A stretch of 64,000 nucleotides of DNA from a virus (Duplodnaviria; Caudoviricetes): positions 1,175 to 65,174 of the IMG/VR virus record IMGVR_UViG_3300035698_017721; one strand, written 5' to 3'. Below the pieces are notes generated by a model, which was not told where the DNA came from, made no database searches, and saw only the letters and a program-made list of their open reading frames with translations. The position numbers were made by a program, and so were the translations under genes. Positions within the stretch are counted from its first letter, which is position 1, and the number at the start of each line of letters is the position of its first letter. Positions 31,772 to 41,882 of the stretch are shown one piece after another.

Positions 31772-32464
31772 TTAAATGTTAACTGTAATGCCGTTCACAA
31801 CCTTTGCAATTGGCTCTTGGATACGTTGACGAGCAACATTGTTGGCGGCAAGTTTACATCCAATCTCTTCAATCTCTGGTGCATACTTACTATCAATTTT
31901 TTGAAGAGCGGTTGTCTTACCATCAATTTGATTTTGTACAGATCTCAATTGCTCTTCCAATAGACTTAGATCAGTCCGAAGTTTTCCATCCTCAGCACGT
32001 TTGGCATTTTCCAATCCAGCGATCTTATTATTTCCTGCCGCTTCGTAAGTTGCATGAACTTTGTCGATCTCCACAACATAATGTTGGGACTTTTCTAACA
32101 AGATTTCTTTGGTTAGGGTTTCATCCATTCCCTTAAGCATATTAAATGCCATTTTGTATGCTTCAGGCTTGTCGAATCCAACACCTGCCACTGACTTGAA
32201 GAACTCGTAGAAATCCACGCCTGGTAGATTAAGACCTTCAAACCCTTCTTCATATTTGGCCATCACTGATGCCATGTGGGGTTCACAATTTGTTTGTCCT
32301 ACTGATATAGGTGGAGTGTCTACAACCACATTAGTTGGGAACTTCAATGCTCCAGTTTCTGTCTTTCCAGTAGTCGTTGCCGTGGGCAATACAACTGACT
32401 CTTGTGCGGCAATCGCTGCCTTCTCTTCGTCAGACTTTTCTAAAAAAATATCCTTCCAGCTCAT
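31772..32464 (-). CDS. Coiled-coil protein, first gene of the ABC/OmpA module
   Basis: NLPGVDFYEF motif followed by coiled coil. Confidence 0.55.
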   Translation of the reverse strand: MSWKDIFLEKSDEEKAAIAAQESVVLPTATTTGKTETGALKFPTNVVVDTPPISVGQTNCEPHMASVMAKYEEGFEGLNLPGVDFYEFFKSVAGVGFDKPEAYKMAFNMLKGMDETLTKEILLEKSQHYVVEIDKVHATYEAAGNNKIAGLENAKRAEDGKLRTDLSLLEEQLRSVQNQIDGKTTALQKIDSKYAPEIEEIGCKLAANNVARQRIQEPIAKVVNGITVNI

Positions 32465-32631
32465 TCGTTATTTGTTACGTTGTTTTGATTTGATTGTAAA
32501 GTTAAGATAAAATTACAAACGGGGAAGTATGTTTCCAAAGGTTTTTCCGCACGGATGAATTTTTCCGAATACAAAAACGCTTGATCCCTACTGGAACCAA
32601 GCGATTCAAATAATTGTGTTTAAATCAATCC

Positions 32632-33099
32632 TTAAATCGAAAGAGGATCGTTTTTATCAAGAACCTTAGATTCGGTCTCAATCGGGAAGATGTCAAGGAT
32701 AGGAGAAACAACCACAGAGACTACTTCATAGTCAACTTGTAAAGACTCTAGACCTTCTTTTAGACGAGTATCAACAGTCTTCACTGAGTTACCTGCTACA
32801 AGATAGTTCTCTGTAGCATACTTCGGCTTCAACTCCGTTCCCATGTTATACTTGATTTTACACTTGTGCCATTTGTTGTCTACTGCTCCAACAATGTCGA
32901 AGGTGGCATCAAGGTTTGTCTTACTTAGAGAAGCAACTTCAAATTCTCCACGAATCATTGTTCCTATCTCTTTGTGTACTCTCTGCTCTGCGTCAGTGAA
33001 ATTAACGGCATCAAATAGATATGCCTCGTTTACCTTTTTGATCTTTCCATCTTCAAGGGTTTTTGTGTACTTTACTTTTACTGTGAACCAAGTTTTCAT
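32632..33099 (-). CDS. DUF4494 protein (Bacteroidota family)
   Basis: WFTVKVKYTKTLEDGKIKKVNEAYLFDAVNFTDAE...SPILDIF. Confidence 0.8.
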   Translation of the reverse strand: MKTWFTVKVKYTKTLEDGKIKKVNEAYLFDAVNFTDAEQRVHKEIGTMIRGEFEVASLSKTNLDATFDIVGAVDNKWHKCKIKYNMGTELKPKYATENYLVAGNSVKTVDTRLKEGLESLQVDYEVVSVVVSPILDIFPIETESKVLDKNDPLSI

Positions 33100-33317
33100 T
33101 ACTTATTTATTTTTGGGTGTTGTTTAAAATTCTTTCTGTATTTCTGATGTATCTAAATGATCCAAAATAACAGGTTCACTTCGCACATAATACGTTGCTG
33201 GTGTCGGCTTCTTAAACCAAGACGTTATTAAATTTTTCATTACTTATATTATTAAAAATAAATCGATTTGTTTCATTTTTAATCTAAGGGTATAGATATA
33301 TAAAGTAAAACATTCCA

Positions 33318-34388
33318 ATGGATTACATATCAATTATCAAAGATTATCACGAATCAAATAAATCTAACCGTAACTGGAATAGTGAACTTAGCAAAATATT
33401 AAGAGATTCATCTAACTATGATGAGTTTAAAACAGAAACATTTCCTTTTTTAGATCAACCTCTAGACAAACAAATAATATGGCATGTGTTAAATGATGAT
33501 TATGTAGAACATATATGTAGAAATTGTAATACCGTATTGGTTTTTCATCGCCAAGTAGACTATCCTAAGTTCTGCTCGAAACAATGTACTGCTAAATATA
33601 CGGCAGATCATATGACCGATGAAGAAAAATGTTTGATGGTAAAAAATCGTAAAAAAACATGCCTTCAAAAGTATGGGTTCATATCAGCGTCACAAAACGA
33701 TACAGTGAAAGTAAAAAAAGAAAAAACTAGTTTAAAGAAATACGGAGTGAAAAATGCAATGCAAAATAAGACAATTAGAACAAAACAATTAAAGTCTATG
33801 CAAAAAACTAATATGGAACGTTATGGCACAAAATCCACATTAGGTTTGGATTCAACCCGAGAAAAATACAAAGAAACCATGTTAGAATTGTATGGCGTTG
33901 ATCATCCCACTAAAAATTCAATGATTAGAGATAAAGTAAAACAGACAATGATAGATCGGTATGGAGTTGAATATTACGCACAATCAAAAGATTGGTATAA
34001 AAGATATAAGAATCATGAATGGGGTAATAAGTACAAAGATTATATTACGCCAAGTGGTATAGTCTTAAGAATACAAGGTTATGAAAATTTCGCATTAGAT
34101 AAACTGTTTGCATCATATCAAGAAGATGACATAATCACAACCAAGATACATAACGTCACAGGAAAAATACGATACTCGTTTGACAAGAAAACAAAAACGT
34201 ACACGCCAGATATTTATATCAAATCTGAAAACAAAATTATTGAAGTAAAATCGCAATTCACATATGATGTACAAATTAACAAAAACGAATTGAAAGCCCA
34301 AGCATGCGTTGACTTAGGATTTCAATTCGAATTTTGGATCATTGATAGAAAAGGACGTATTACAGAGCGTTTTGTAAATGTCTCTTAA
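33318..34388 (+). CDS. Homing endonuclease (KxT..KYG repeats + PD-(D/E)xK domain)
   Basis: Repeats KKTCLQKYG, KTSLKKYG, ETMLELYG; YTPDIYIKSENKIIEVKS; overlaps the 3' end of the polymerase exonuclease gene. Confidence 0.75.
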   Translation: MDYISIIKDYHESNKSNRNWNSELSKILRDSSNYDEFKTETFPFLDQPLDKQIIWHVLNDDYVEHICRNCNTVLVFHRQVDYPKFCSKQCTAKYTADHMTDEEKCLMVKNRKKTCLQKYGFISASQNDTVKVKKEKTSLKKYGVKNAMQNKTIRTKQLKSMQKTNMERYGTKSTLGLDSTREKYKETMLELYGVDHPTKNSMIRDKVKQTMIDRYGVEYYAQSKDWYKRYKNHEWGNKYKDYITPSGIVLRIQGYENFALDKLFASYQEDDIITTKIHNVTGKIRYSFDKKTKTYTPDIYIKSENKIIEVKSQFTYDVQINKNELKAQACVDLGFQFEFWIIDRKGRITERFVNVS

Positions 34389-35781
34389 GATAATCCATTT
34401 CTTTGTTTATATCAAGCATTTTGCCCTTTGTATCTTTCCTTTGTCCGTAAAGATCTTGTAAAATAGTCCGTAAAACAGAATCTTGTGTGTCATCGAAAAG
34501 GCTACCATTAGCACAAACAACTTGACCTTCTCCTGCAAGACCTGTTGGGCTATTTCCTTGGTAAGCCTCTGGTGAAATGTTCCATTGCATCATGACATTT
34601 GGATACAAACTTGAGAAGTCATAACAAGACACCCACTCATGCATACCTGTAACGGGTTCTTTCACATAAGCACCAACGAAGTGGGCTTGTTGAATAAGAT
34701 CCTTATCCGTATCAATAAATACTTTACCTCTCTTGTAAAATTCACGACACATAAGGGCTTCTTGAACCCATACAGGTGAGAATGCTCGATTGATTTCTAC
34801 CTGAGCAACATCCGCCAATTTGAAGAACGTTGTCATAGTATTCAGTGCCTGATCAATATAGTGGACCAGAACAGCATCAACAGCATTATAGAAAATGAAC
34901 TTCGTGAAGTCTTTCTCGTATAGGTCCTTCAATGTTCCAGGATACTTGATCTTACCAATACCAGTTGCTCGTTCACCAATGTAATCGAGTTGGTGGTTTT
35001 CCTTGATTTTAATAACCCTATCCCACTTCTTAACAATATCCAGGTAGTCAATGATCAACTTGTGCTGAGGAATTCTTGCTTTACCTTTCAATGGACCTGC
35101 CATAGCTGGATTGATTTTCAAACGATCTGCTCTGTTCACCAGATACTTCCAATCAAAGTCCAAGAAGAACCAACCTGTAATACATGGCATCTTGTCCATG
35201 AGCTTACCGAAGAATGTATAGAGCATATCATACTCAGATTCAAACTTCACATATCGGAACGTCCACTTATCTTCTGGGTATTTGTCGAAGTGCTTATCAA
35301 GGTCTGCTTGGATCTTATCATGATCATAATCAGTCATATCCTTAAGACCAAGAACCGTAACTTTCTTATCAGTACAGTTTGCAATGGCAATGGATGTAAC
35401 CATGTTCAATGCATGTTCAGGGTCAGGGAAGCCATCAGTAATCTCAGTCTCAATATCAATTGAGAACTTGTTAGGGATGTTGAACTCAAGGGCTTTTGCA
35501 ATCTCATCTTTACGACGGATCAAAATCTCTTCAATGGTATACTTGTTGATCCTAGAAGTACGAACTTTCTTTACTGGCTTACCATCCCAAGATTCAAACT
35601 CATCTGATGGTTTATCCAATCTACCTTGTGCATACTCCCAGATATATCCATCTTCATCTTGATCTAAAGGAACCGCCAAATAAGCCGTGTTACCTTCTTT
35701 ATCAAAATAGGATATGTTCAGTTCTTCTAACTGACCAGATCTTGGGTCACCGTTTCTTCTTACTTCTATATCTACAATCAT
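34360..35781 (-). CDS. polB: DNA polymerase B N-terminal subunit (3'-5' exonuclease + motif A; gp43A-like)
   Basis: SIDIET, GW..FDWKY, YNAVD, GAYVKEP, YDFSSLYPNVMMQWNISPE; ends within the fingers helix (LYGQRK..K). Confidence 0.92.
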   Translation of the reverse strand: MIVDIEVRRNGDPRSGQLEELNISYFDKEGNTAYLAVPLDQDEDGYIWEYAQGRLDKPSDEFESWDGKPVKKVRTSRINKYTIEEILIRRKDEIAKALEFNIPNKFSIDIETEITDGFPDPEHALNMVTSIAIANCTDKKVTVLGLKDMTDYDHDKIQADLDKHFDKYPEDKWTFRYVKFESEYDMLYTFFGKLMDKMPCITGWFFLDFDWKYLVNRADRLKINPAMAGPLKGKARIPQHKLIIDYLDIVKKWDRVIKIKENHQLDYIGERATGIGKIKYPGTLKDLYEKDFTKFIFYNAVDAVLVHYIDQALNTMTTFFKLADVAQVEINRAFSPVWVQEALMCREFYKRGKVFIDTDKDLIQQAHFVGAYVKEPVTGMHEWVSCYDFSSLYPNVMMQWNISPEAYQGNSPTGLAGEGQVVCANGSLFDDTQDSVLRTILQDLYGQRKDTKGKMLDINKEMDYLKRHLQNAL

Positions 35782-36365
35782 ATTTCTTCTGTTTCTTCTG
35801 ATTCATCAACATCACCATTTTCTGAACAAATAATGTGGCTAATCTCATCTGTTATAGTACTAAGGACCATTCTGATATTTGTACATCCATACATATCAAA
35901 CCAGCATTCATTGATCCAAGCATCCCAATTTGCATCAAGCAAATCAATGAACGCTTGTGGACTACCTCTTTCTTTATACCGATCCAGGTAATCTTGTTTC
36001 TCTCTTTCTCGTGGATAAATCAAATAATAGTGCAAACAATTTTCCTTCAAAGCATCTCTGACCGCAGAATGAGATGAGACAAAAATAAATTCTGCCTTTC
36101 CAATGTTCTCTTTGATGTGATCAATGTAGTTCTGTGGAAAGTCTGGGTTGCGTTCTTTCGTGTTCTTCCCATCCTTGTCTTTTACCCAACTAAACTCGCT
36201 AGAGTCTGAATCAAGACAAGTGTCCTGATTGTTGTTGTAGTAATAGCTCTTACCCGTTCCTGGAAATGCTGAAATTATTCTTGTTCTCATTCTTTTTGGT
36301 TTTAATTCTATTTCATCGAGACATCTTGTTTTGCGAAAAATCCTTGTTGACTCATTTTTTAACAA
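35778..36365 (-). CDS. P-loop kinase-like protein
   Basis: IISAFPGTGKS. Confidence 0.7.
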   Translation of the reverse strand: MLKNESTRIFRKTRCLDEIELKPKRMRTRIISAFPGTGKSYYYNNNQDTCLDSDSSEFSWVKDKDGKNTKERNPDFPQNYIDHIKENIGKAEFIFVSSHSAVRDALKENCLHYYLIYPREREKQDYLDRYKERGSPQAFIDLLDANWDAWINECWFDMYGCTNIRMVLSTITDEISHIICSENGDVDESEETEEI

Positions 36366-36798
36366 ATTTTGATTGGGGCGTACATCTGAGGTAGCAATAA
36401 AGTTTCCGTTCCTTTTTGTTTATACTTGGTCTGATTGTATAAATTCCAATCTCTTTTAAGTCCGATAAACTTTCAACCACCATATTCTGTACCAGATTTA
36501 GTAATTCTGTCTCTATGTCGCCAGAGAATAGTTCATGAGGAACAGTTACCTCCCACCTCATAGTCTCTGGAATACCCGGTTTATCGTATCTATAAATTTC
36601 GATTCCGGCTTCTTCAATCTTGCTTAAAAGACGACCAACAAAAATTGGAACTAGTAGTACTTCATCAAGACTTTCATAATCACTATATACGGTACTCAAT
36701 GCCGTATCCATATGATTCTGTATGGTCTGTTCAAATACTTCTTGTGCCACGGATGACATTGGATATTGACCACTCACCAACTCTGCTAACCTTCCCAT
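36352..36798 (-). CDS. Hypothetical protein
   Basis: ORF within the operon. Confidence 0.5.
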   Translation of the reverse strand: MGRLAELVSGQYPMSSVAQEVFEQTIQNHMDTALSTVYSDYESLDEVLLVPIFVGRLLSKIEEAGIEIYRYDKPGIPETMRWEVTVPHELFSGDIETELLNLVQNMVVESLSDLKEIGIYTIRPSINKKERKLYCYLRCTPQSKFVKK

Positions 36799-36831
36799 AT
36801 TCCTTTTATTTTATGTATTTGTAAATTGCTT

Positions 36832-37467
36832 TCAAATTATCTCATCGATCATTCCGTACTTCAAACAAGTCTTCGCATCCCACCAAATATCTTTCTTAAG
36901 GATCTGGTCGATCTCTTTCATAGGAACTTTGGTATGCTCTTTGTAGATGTTCTTAATGGTCAACATCAAGACGTCAAGATTCACCATCTCATCCTTCATG
37001 TCATTGTACTTACCGAACATTCCTGCACTCAACTGATGGATCATCATGTATGAACTAGCTCTCATCTGACGATGTGAACCAACAACAGATAAAAAAGTCG
37101 CTGCCGAAGCTGCACAACCATCAACCAATGTATTGACCGGAATAGATTGTCTTGCTTCAAGAATCGTATCCATTCCAGATAGACCTGCAAAAACAGAACC
37201 ACCATATGATTGAACATGTATTATAGCCTTACCAGAATCCACTAAAGGCATTTCATTCTCAGCTGAATGAATTCTTGCTTTGACTACCAAAGCTTGAATA
37301 TGCTTATTCAATGACAAGATTGTATTGTCATCAACTCCACTGTAGAAATAGATCTTATTATGAACTCGATCGACTTTACTCAAATCAAGATTCAACATGT
37401 CATCCATCCCTTTCGGCATAGTCATTTCAGACTCACCTGTTTTCTTATTACCCCAGTACATCTTCAT
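36832..37467 (-). CDS. clpP: ClpP-like protease subunit
   Basis: SYGGSVFAG, GCAASAAT, MMIHQ, KYGMIDEII. Confidence 0.85.
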   Translation of the reverse strand: MKMYWGNKKTGESEMTMPKGMDDMLNLDLSKVDRVHNKIYFYSGVDDNTILSLNKHIQALVVKARIHSAENEMPLVDSGKAIIHVQSYGGSVFAGLSGMDTILEARQSIPVNTLVDGCAASAATFLSVVGSHRQMRASSYMMIHQLSAGMFGKYNDMKDEMVNLDVLMLTIKNIYKEHTKVPMKEIDQILKKDIWWDAKTCLKYGMIDEII

Positions 37468-37468
37468 C

Positions 37469-37921
37469 TTAAACTGTTACAGATTTATCTCCAGTAGAAC
37501 CGAATGCACCTTCGCCACGTTCGGTTTCAGTATCAATACTATCACTTTCTTCAAGTTCACCCATCCAAACTGGACGCATAACTAATTGAGATATTTTATC
37601 TCCTTGTTTAATGTATACGTCTGTATCAGAGTTGTTAAATAAATGTATGTGTACAGTACCTCGATAATCACTATCTATTAGTTCTGCGCCCTTAGTTAAT
37701 TTTTTCTTTGATGCCATACCTGATTTATTGTATACAGCCAAGTCCCAACCAAATGGAATATCAAATCGAATGTCTAACGGTATCATACCATCGCCACGAG
37801 CTGGAATTGTTATATCAATTGGAGAAAATACATCAAGTCCTGACGAACCTTTAGTCCCACGGATTGGTGCGATTGCATTTTTTGAAAGCAGTTGAAATTT
37901 TAATTTTGGTACGTCTATCAT
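37469..37921 (-). CDS. dut: dUTPase (trimeric type)
   Basis: GSSGLD, KSG, IDSDYRG, GDKISQL, RGEGAFGSTG. Confidence 0.95.
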   Translation of the reverse strand: MIDVPKLKFQLLSKNAIAPIRGTKGSSGLDVFSPIDITIPARGDGMIPLDIRFDIPFGWDLAVYNKSGMASKKKLTKGAELIDSDYRGTVHIHLFNNSDTDVYIKQGDKISQLVMRPVWMGELEESDSIDTETERGEGAFGSTGDKSVTV

Positions 37922-38020
37922 GAGTATTTTTATTTCTCATAATATGAATCTCAATGTCTAATGTTTCAAGACGTTTTGAATTCCCCTTGATAAATTTCCT
38001 GATAGAGTGATATATAGAAT

Positions 38021-38632
38021 ATGATAATCTATATCACAACAAATAAAATAAATGGAAAGCAATATATTGGTCAAGACTCAACCAATAATCCTAATTATTT
38101 TGGATCGGGTACAATCATTAAAAAGGCCATCAAGAAGTATAGTGTTTCAAACTTCGAAAAGACGATTTTAGAAACTTTACCAACTTATTCTAACAAGGAT
38201 GACTTAAATGAAAGGGAGCAGTATTATATCCAGAAATTTAATGCGGTTAAAGATTCGAATTTCTATAATATAGCAGAAGGTGGGGGTGGATGTATCGGAT
38301 ATAAGCATACCAAAGAACATATACAAAAATTTAAGACCATAGAACGCACGCCTGAATGGTGCATGAAAATTTCAAAGTCTTTACAAGGTGTTCCACATTC
38401 AAAAGAACGAAAAAGGAAAAATTCAGAATCGCAAATAGGGTTACAGGCAGGAAATAAAAATCCGCGGGCCCGACGATATGTTATTACAGATCCTAATGGA
38501 GAACTTTATGAAGTATATGGAGAACTCAAAAAATTTTGTAAATCTAAAAATCTTTCTCACGGATGTATGATGAAGGTCGCAAAAGGTAACCAGAAGCACC
38601 ATAAAAATTGGGTAATAAAATATAACGATTAG
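38021..38632 (+). CDS. GIY-YIG homing endonuclease (Seg-like)
   Basis: IIYITTNKINGKQYIG, YFGSG, FYNIAEGG. Confidence 0.85.
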   Translation: MIIYITTNKINGKQYIGQDSTNNPNYFGSGTIIKKAIKKYSVSNFEKTILETLPTYSNKDDLNEREQYYIQKFNAVKDSNFYNIAEGGGGCIGYKHTKEHIQKFKTIERTPEWCMKISKSLQGVPHSKERKRKNSESQIGLQAGNKNPRARRYVITDPNGELYEVYGELKKFCKSKNLSHGCMMKVAKGNQKHHKNWVIKYND

Positions 38633-38721
38633 TCTATTTTTTCCACATAAAAAGGAAACGGACAACACTTATTTCCAAAGTGCTGCCCGTTTCAATAGGG
38701 ATTATTTAAGCGACTAATTTC

Positions 38722-39163
38722 TTAGTTCTTGCTGTTACCATGAATGTTGGTATTGTTCTCAACTAGACGAGAGATTTTACCCTCCAATGGAGATCCTTTC
38801 ACAAGTTCAGTAAGACCGGCAAATCCTCCTTCAAAGATGGTACCGAAACCGTTATTCTGGTGTTGAAGATTCTTAGCAAGAGTCTCAGCAAACATGTTGT
38901 CTGACATCGCAAGAATTGCATTGATAAGTCCTGGCTGAATAGAAGCCATTCTTGCTTCATGCTCAGCTGTACGAATCTCTGAAGATTTCTCTTCAGCAAG
39001 CAACCTGAATTCCGATTTGTTTTTCTCACGAGTCAACTTAGACGTTTCAACAACATCGATGAATTCCTGGATGGCCTTCTCATTCTCATGTCGCTTAGTT
39101 TCCAAATCCTGCTCATTTGTGAGTTCTGCATCACGCTTCAAGTTTCTCTCTAGTATTTTCCAT
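38722..39163 (-). CDS. Coiled-coil protein resembling the C-terminus of bacterial major-vault/SPFH proteins; 5' end frameshifted or truncated
   Basis: ATG 39163 is out of frame by 1 with the body; IQPGLINAILAMSDNMFAETLAKNL..LVKGSPLE. Confidence 0.4.
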
Positions 39164-39164
39164 C

Positions 39165-40493
39165 TTACGTTGTGATTTCGATTAGGTACTTGATAGTCGT
39201 CTGATTCGTGTGGTAAGTAATGAACTCATTGTTTCGGAGATCAGCACCACCTTTGGCGAATACTGAATCATATCCTTCGCTGTTCATCTTCGCTTGGTTC
39301 AATTGACTATGACTTGAACTCCAGTTCGTAATTTGTTTTTGACGTCCTTGGTGAATCTCATACAAGGCGAGCATTGCGGTATTCTTACCACCTGATGCCC
39401 AATAAGAACCTCTTAGAGAAGTATAACCAATTGACTTCTGAGCCTTGTCAGCGAAGTAAACACCATGACCAAACATTGATCCTGTGAGAACCGCATTTGA
39501 AGGTCTAATCATAAGTCCTTGTTGGAAGATACTCCACCAGTTCTCATTACGAGATCCGTGCCATAGAAGATCAGTTTTGGTATTCTTGGCATTCTTAAGA
39601 AACAACTTCATGTTTCGTTCAGTCACCTTATTTCTTACTCGAACGGCATTCACGAATTGACGAGCGTTAGAACCCATTTTCGCTTTGATCATTTTGATCT
39701 CATCAGCAGTACAAGGGAATGCATCAAGTCCAACATTACGAAGCATGTCATACTCCTTAGTCTTCTTGACTTTCGTATCGTCACCCTCTTTTACTTCTGG
39801 TTTGGTATTCATTGCAACCTGACCAGCCATAACGTCCAATGCATCTTGTTCCTTTGAGAACATTGCTTTGGCATCAGAAAGGGAGTTCTTGTTAAGTGCT
39901 TTGTCTTTAACTTCTTCTTCACCTTGAATAAGGTGAAACTGAACTTTCTTCATTTTCCTTGGGATCACTTGATAAAGTGAAAGGAGTTGATCGTTAATAT
40001 CCTTGATCGTTCCACCAACTTTCAGATCCAGTGAGATTTTGTTCAGAATTGATTGGGCTTCATCTACCTGAGCTTGAGTTACTGCTTTGGCTGAGATAGT
40101 ATAGTTTCTTTCAACAGAGGCTTGGGCTAGTTTTAGAAGATTCTCAATGAACCTACAAACATCTTGTGGTCGTTCAGAATGAAACAAAGATCCTTTTGGA
40201 TTGCCGTTTGTATCATCATCATCTTGTGTGACACTTGCTTCAGCAACCAAATGGGTTACATCAGTATAAGGATGTGGTTTCTTACTTGCTTTGGTTTTAC
40301 TCTTAATAGTAGAGTCCCATTTTGACATGGCGTAAACTCTTTCAGAAGGTTTACCGCCTTCAACTCGTCCATATTCTGCACGGAATTCAGATGCATTGAT
40401 CTGAGTCAAATTATAAAATTTATTGTTGTTGTCCCCGGATACACACATTAAGCGTACAACCTTCATCCCTTGATCATCTAATACTTCAGCCAT
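39165..40493 (-). CDS. WGR-domain poly(ADP-ribose) polymerase-like protein
   Basis: NNNKFY..YGRV (WGR), LYQVIPRKM (regulatory domain), LWHGS, GSMFGHGVYFADKAQKSIGY, RNNEFITY (H-Y-E triad). Confidence 0.9.
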   Translation of the reverse strand: MAEVLDDQGMKVVRLMCVSGDNNNKFYNLTQINASEFRAEYGRVEGGKPSERVYAMSKWDSTIKSKTKASKKPHPYTDVTHLVAEASVTQDDDDTNGNPKGSLFHSERPQDVCRFIENLLKLAQASVERNYTISAKAVTQAQVDEAQSILNKISLDLKVGGTIKDINDQLLSLYQVIPRKMKKVQFHLIQGEEEVKDKALNKNSLSDAKAMFSKEQDALDVMAGQVAMNTKPEVKEGDDTKVKKTKEYDMLRNVGLDAFPCTADEIKMIKAKMGSNARQFVNAVRVRNKVTERNMKLFLKNAKNTKTDLLWHGSRNENWWSIFQQGLMIRPSNAVLTGSMFGHGVYFADKAQKSIGYTSLRGSYWASGGKNTAMLALYEIHQGRQKQITNWSSSHSQLNQAKMNSEGYDSVFAKGGADLRNNEFITYHTNQTTIKYLIEITT

Positions 40494-40494
40494 G

Positions 40495-40555
40495 TTTTGT
40501 TTCTTACGTAAAGATAAGTAATTTTTGTTTCTTACGTAAAGATAAGTAATTTTTG
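40495..40555. repeat. 28-bp tandem duplication containing the PARP promoter box
   Basis: ttttgtttcttacgtaaagataagtaat x2; the minus strand reads TATCTTTA in each copy. Confidence 0.9.
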
Positions 40556-40691
40556 GTTAATGTAAACGTTTATAGGATTAGATCCAGTAATAATACGAGT
40601 CAGGGAAAATATATCTAAAAACCAAGCATGTACCACTGAAATATTACTCATTGAATCTATAGGTAAACTTAAAGACGGTCCTTTAGTTAAC

Positions 40692-40973
40692 ATGACTATT
40701 AGTGGTGAAACCTCTGAACGTCAAGGAAAACCTTGGACCAAAGAACAACGTAGAAAGTTGATGGCCATACGAGAAATAAAACAACCTAGAGATGGCATGA
40801 CAAATTCTCCTGAAATGCGAAAGAAACAAAGCCAGGCAAAATTGGGTAAAAAATTTACGGAGAGTCACAAGAAAAATTTAGCAAAGGCAAAAAATAAAGC
40901 TGTAAACGAAATACAAAATGGTGAGATAATAAATCGTTATGCTAGTGTTGCTTTTACTGATGGCGGATCATAA
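40692..40973 (+). pseudogene. Degenerate homing endonuclease remnant (NUMOD3/NUMOD1-like)
   Basis: SPEMRKKQSQAKLGKKFTESHKKNLAKAK..INRYASV; no nuclease domain. Confidence 0.55.
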
Positions 40974-41075
40974 TTTTTCGAACGTAATTTATAAGTACAT
41001 TAAAACTGAAACACCATATAAAGGTTCGATATATAAATATGTTATTGCTTCCAAGTAGTATTCTAATATTTTCTA

Positions 41076-41882
41076 CTATTGATGTTTTCTACCTATTGAT
41101 GCTTGTATCATTTTATGTCTTTTATCTTTAGTCATTTTGTGAAAAAAATGACTGAACTCTGTGAACATTTCTTCAATATTATTAAACTCTAGAACCGGAC
41201 GATTGGAATTTATTGCCTTTTGCATTGAGGTCTCAAAAGTCTCTGCAGTAAATGAAGGAACTTCTCCAGTCGAAGAGATATTAACAAAACCAAAGTGATA
41301 GTTACCTCTGAAGTTTCGTTCACCATTATTATGACCTGTAACAAATCGTCCCAGTCTACTTAAGACCATAATGGATTTCCCAGTCGTGTAGGCATAAGTT
41401 TTTTTCTGACGAAGACCTTGTGGAGCTGTAACGTGTTTTCCAGAAGTAGAAAACTTCACACACTTAAAACATTCAACAAATGTACCATCGTCAAATTCGA
41501 AGGCTGGTTTGTTTGTCCAATTAGATCCAGGAACAAATGGTGCAACACTTTTAACAGTTGCAACATATGCACCAGACTTGAATGGTCTACCACTTGTTTT
41601 AACAATTCGTCTACCGACCCATTCACTATTGGCATGGTTAATATCGAAGGCGAAGTCGGGATCATCAATTGTTCTGTTCTCTTTAACGATCAACGATGTT
41701 TTTTCTCCAGTGGTTAGATATACATTTCCTTTCCAAGTGAAATAAGCATAACCTAATTCTCTTGTCAATCTCTGAGTACCTAGTTTAGCTTCTTGTCCTA
41801 AACCATTGATCACATCCTTCCAAGATAAATATGGTGGAAAGAATCTGCTTTGTTTATTTTTCATAGGTATTGCTTTTTTCAT
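41076..41882 (-). CDS. Hypothetical protein
   Basis: 268-aa ORF. Confidence 0.55.
   Translation of the reverse strand: MKKAIPMKNKQSRFFPPYLSWKDVINGLGQEAKLGTQRLTRELGYAYFTWKGNVYLTTGEKTSLIVKENRTIDDPDFAFDINHANSEWVGRRIVKTSGRPFKSGAYVATVKSVAPFVPGSNWTNKPAFEFDDGTFVECFKCVKFSTSGKHVTAPQGLRQKKTYAYTTGKSIMVLSRLGRFVTGHNNGERNFRGNYHFGFVNISSTGEVPSFTAETFETSMQKAINSNRPVLEFNNIEEMFTEFSHFFHKMTKDKRHKMIQASIGRKHQ

Noticed and set aside
6159-35801. Many plus-strand ORFs antisense to core genes (e.g. 6159, 9931, 20940, 25280, 34990)
   Set aside because: They have no motifs and lie fully opposite well-supported genes.
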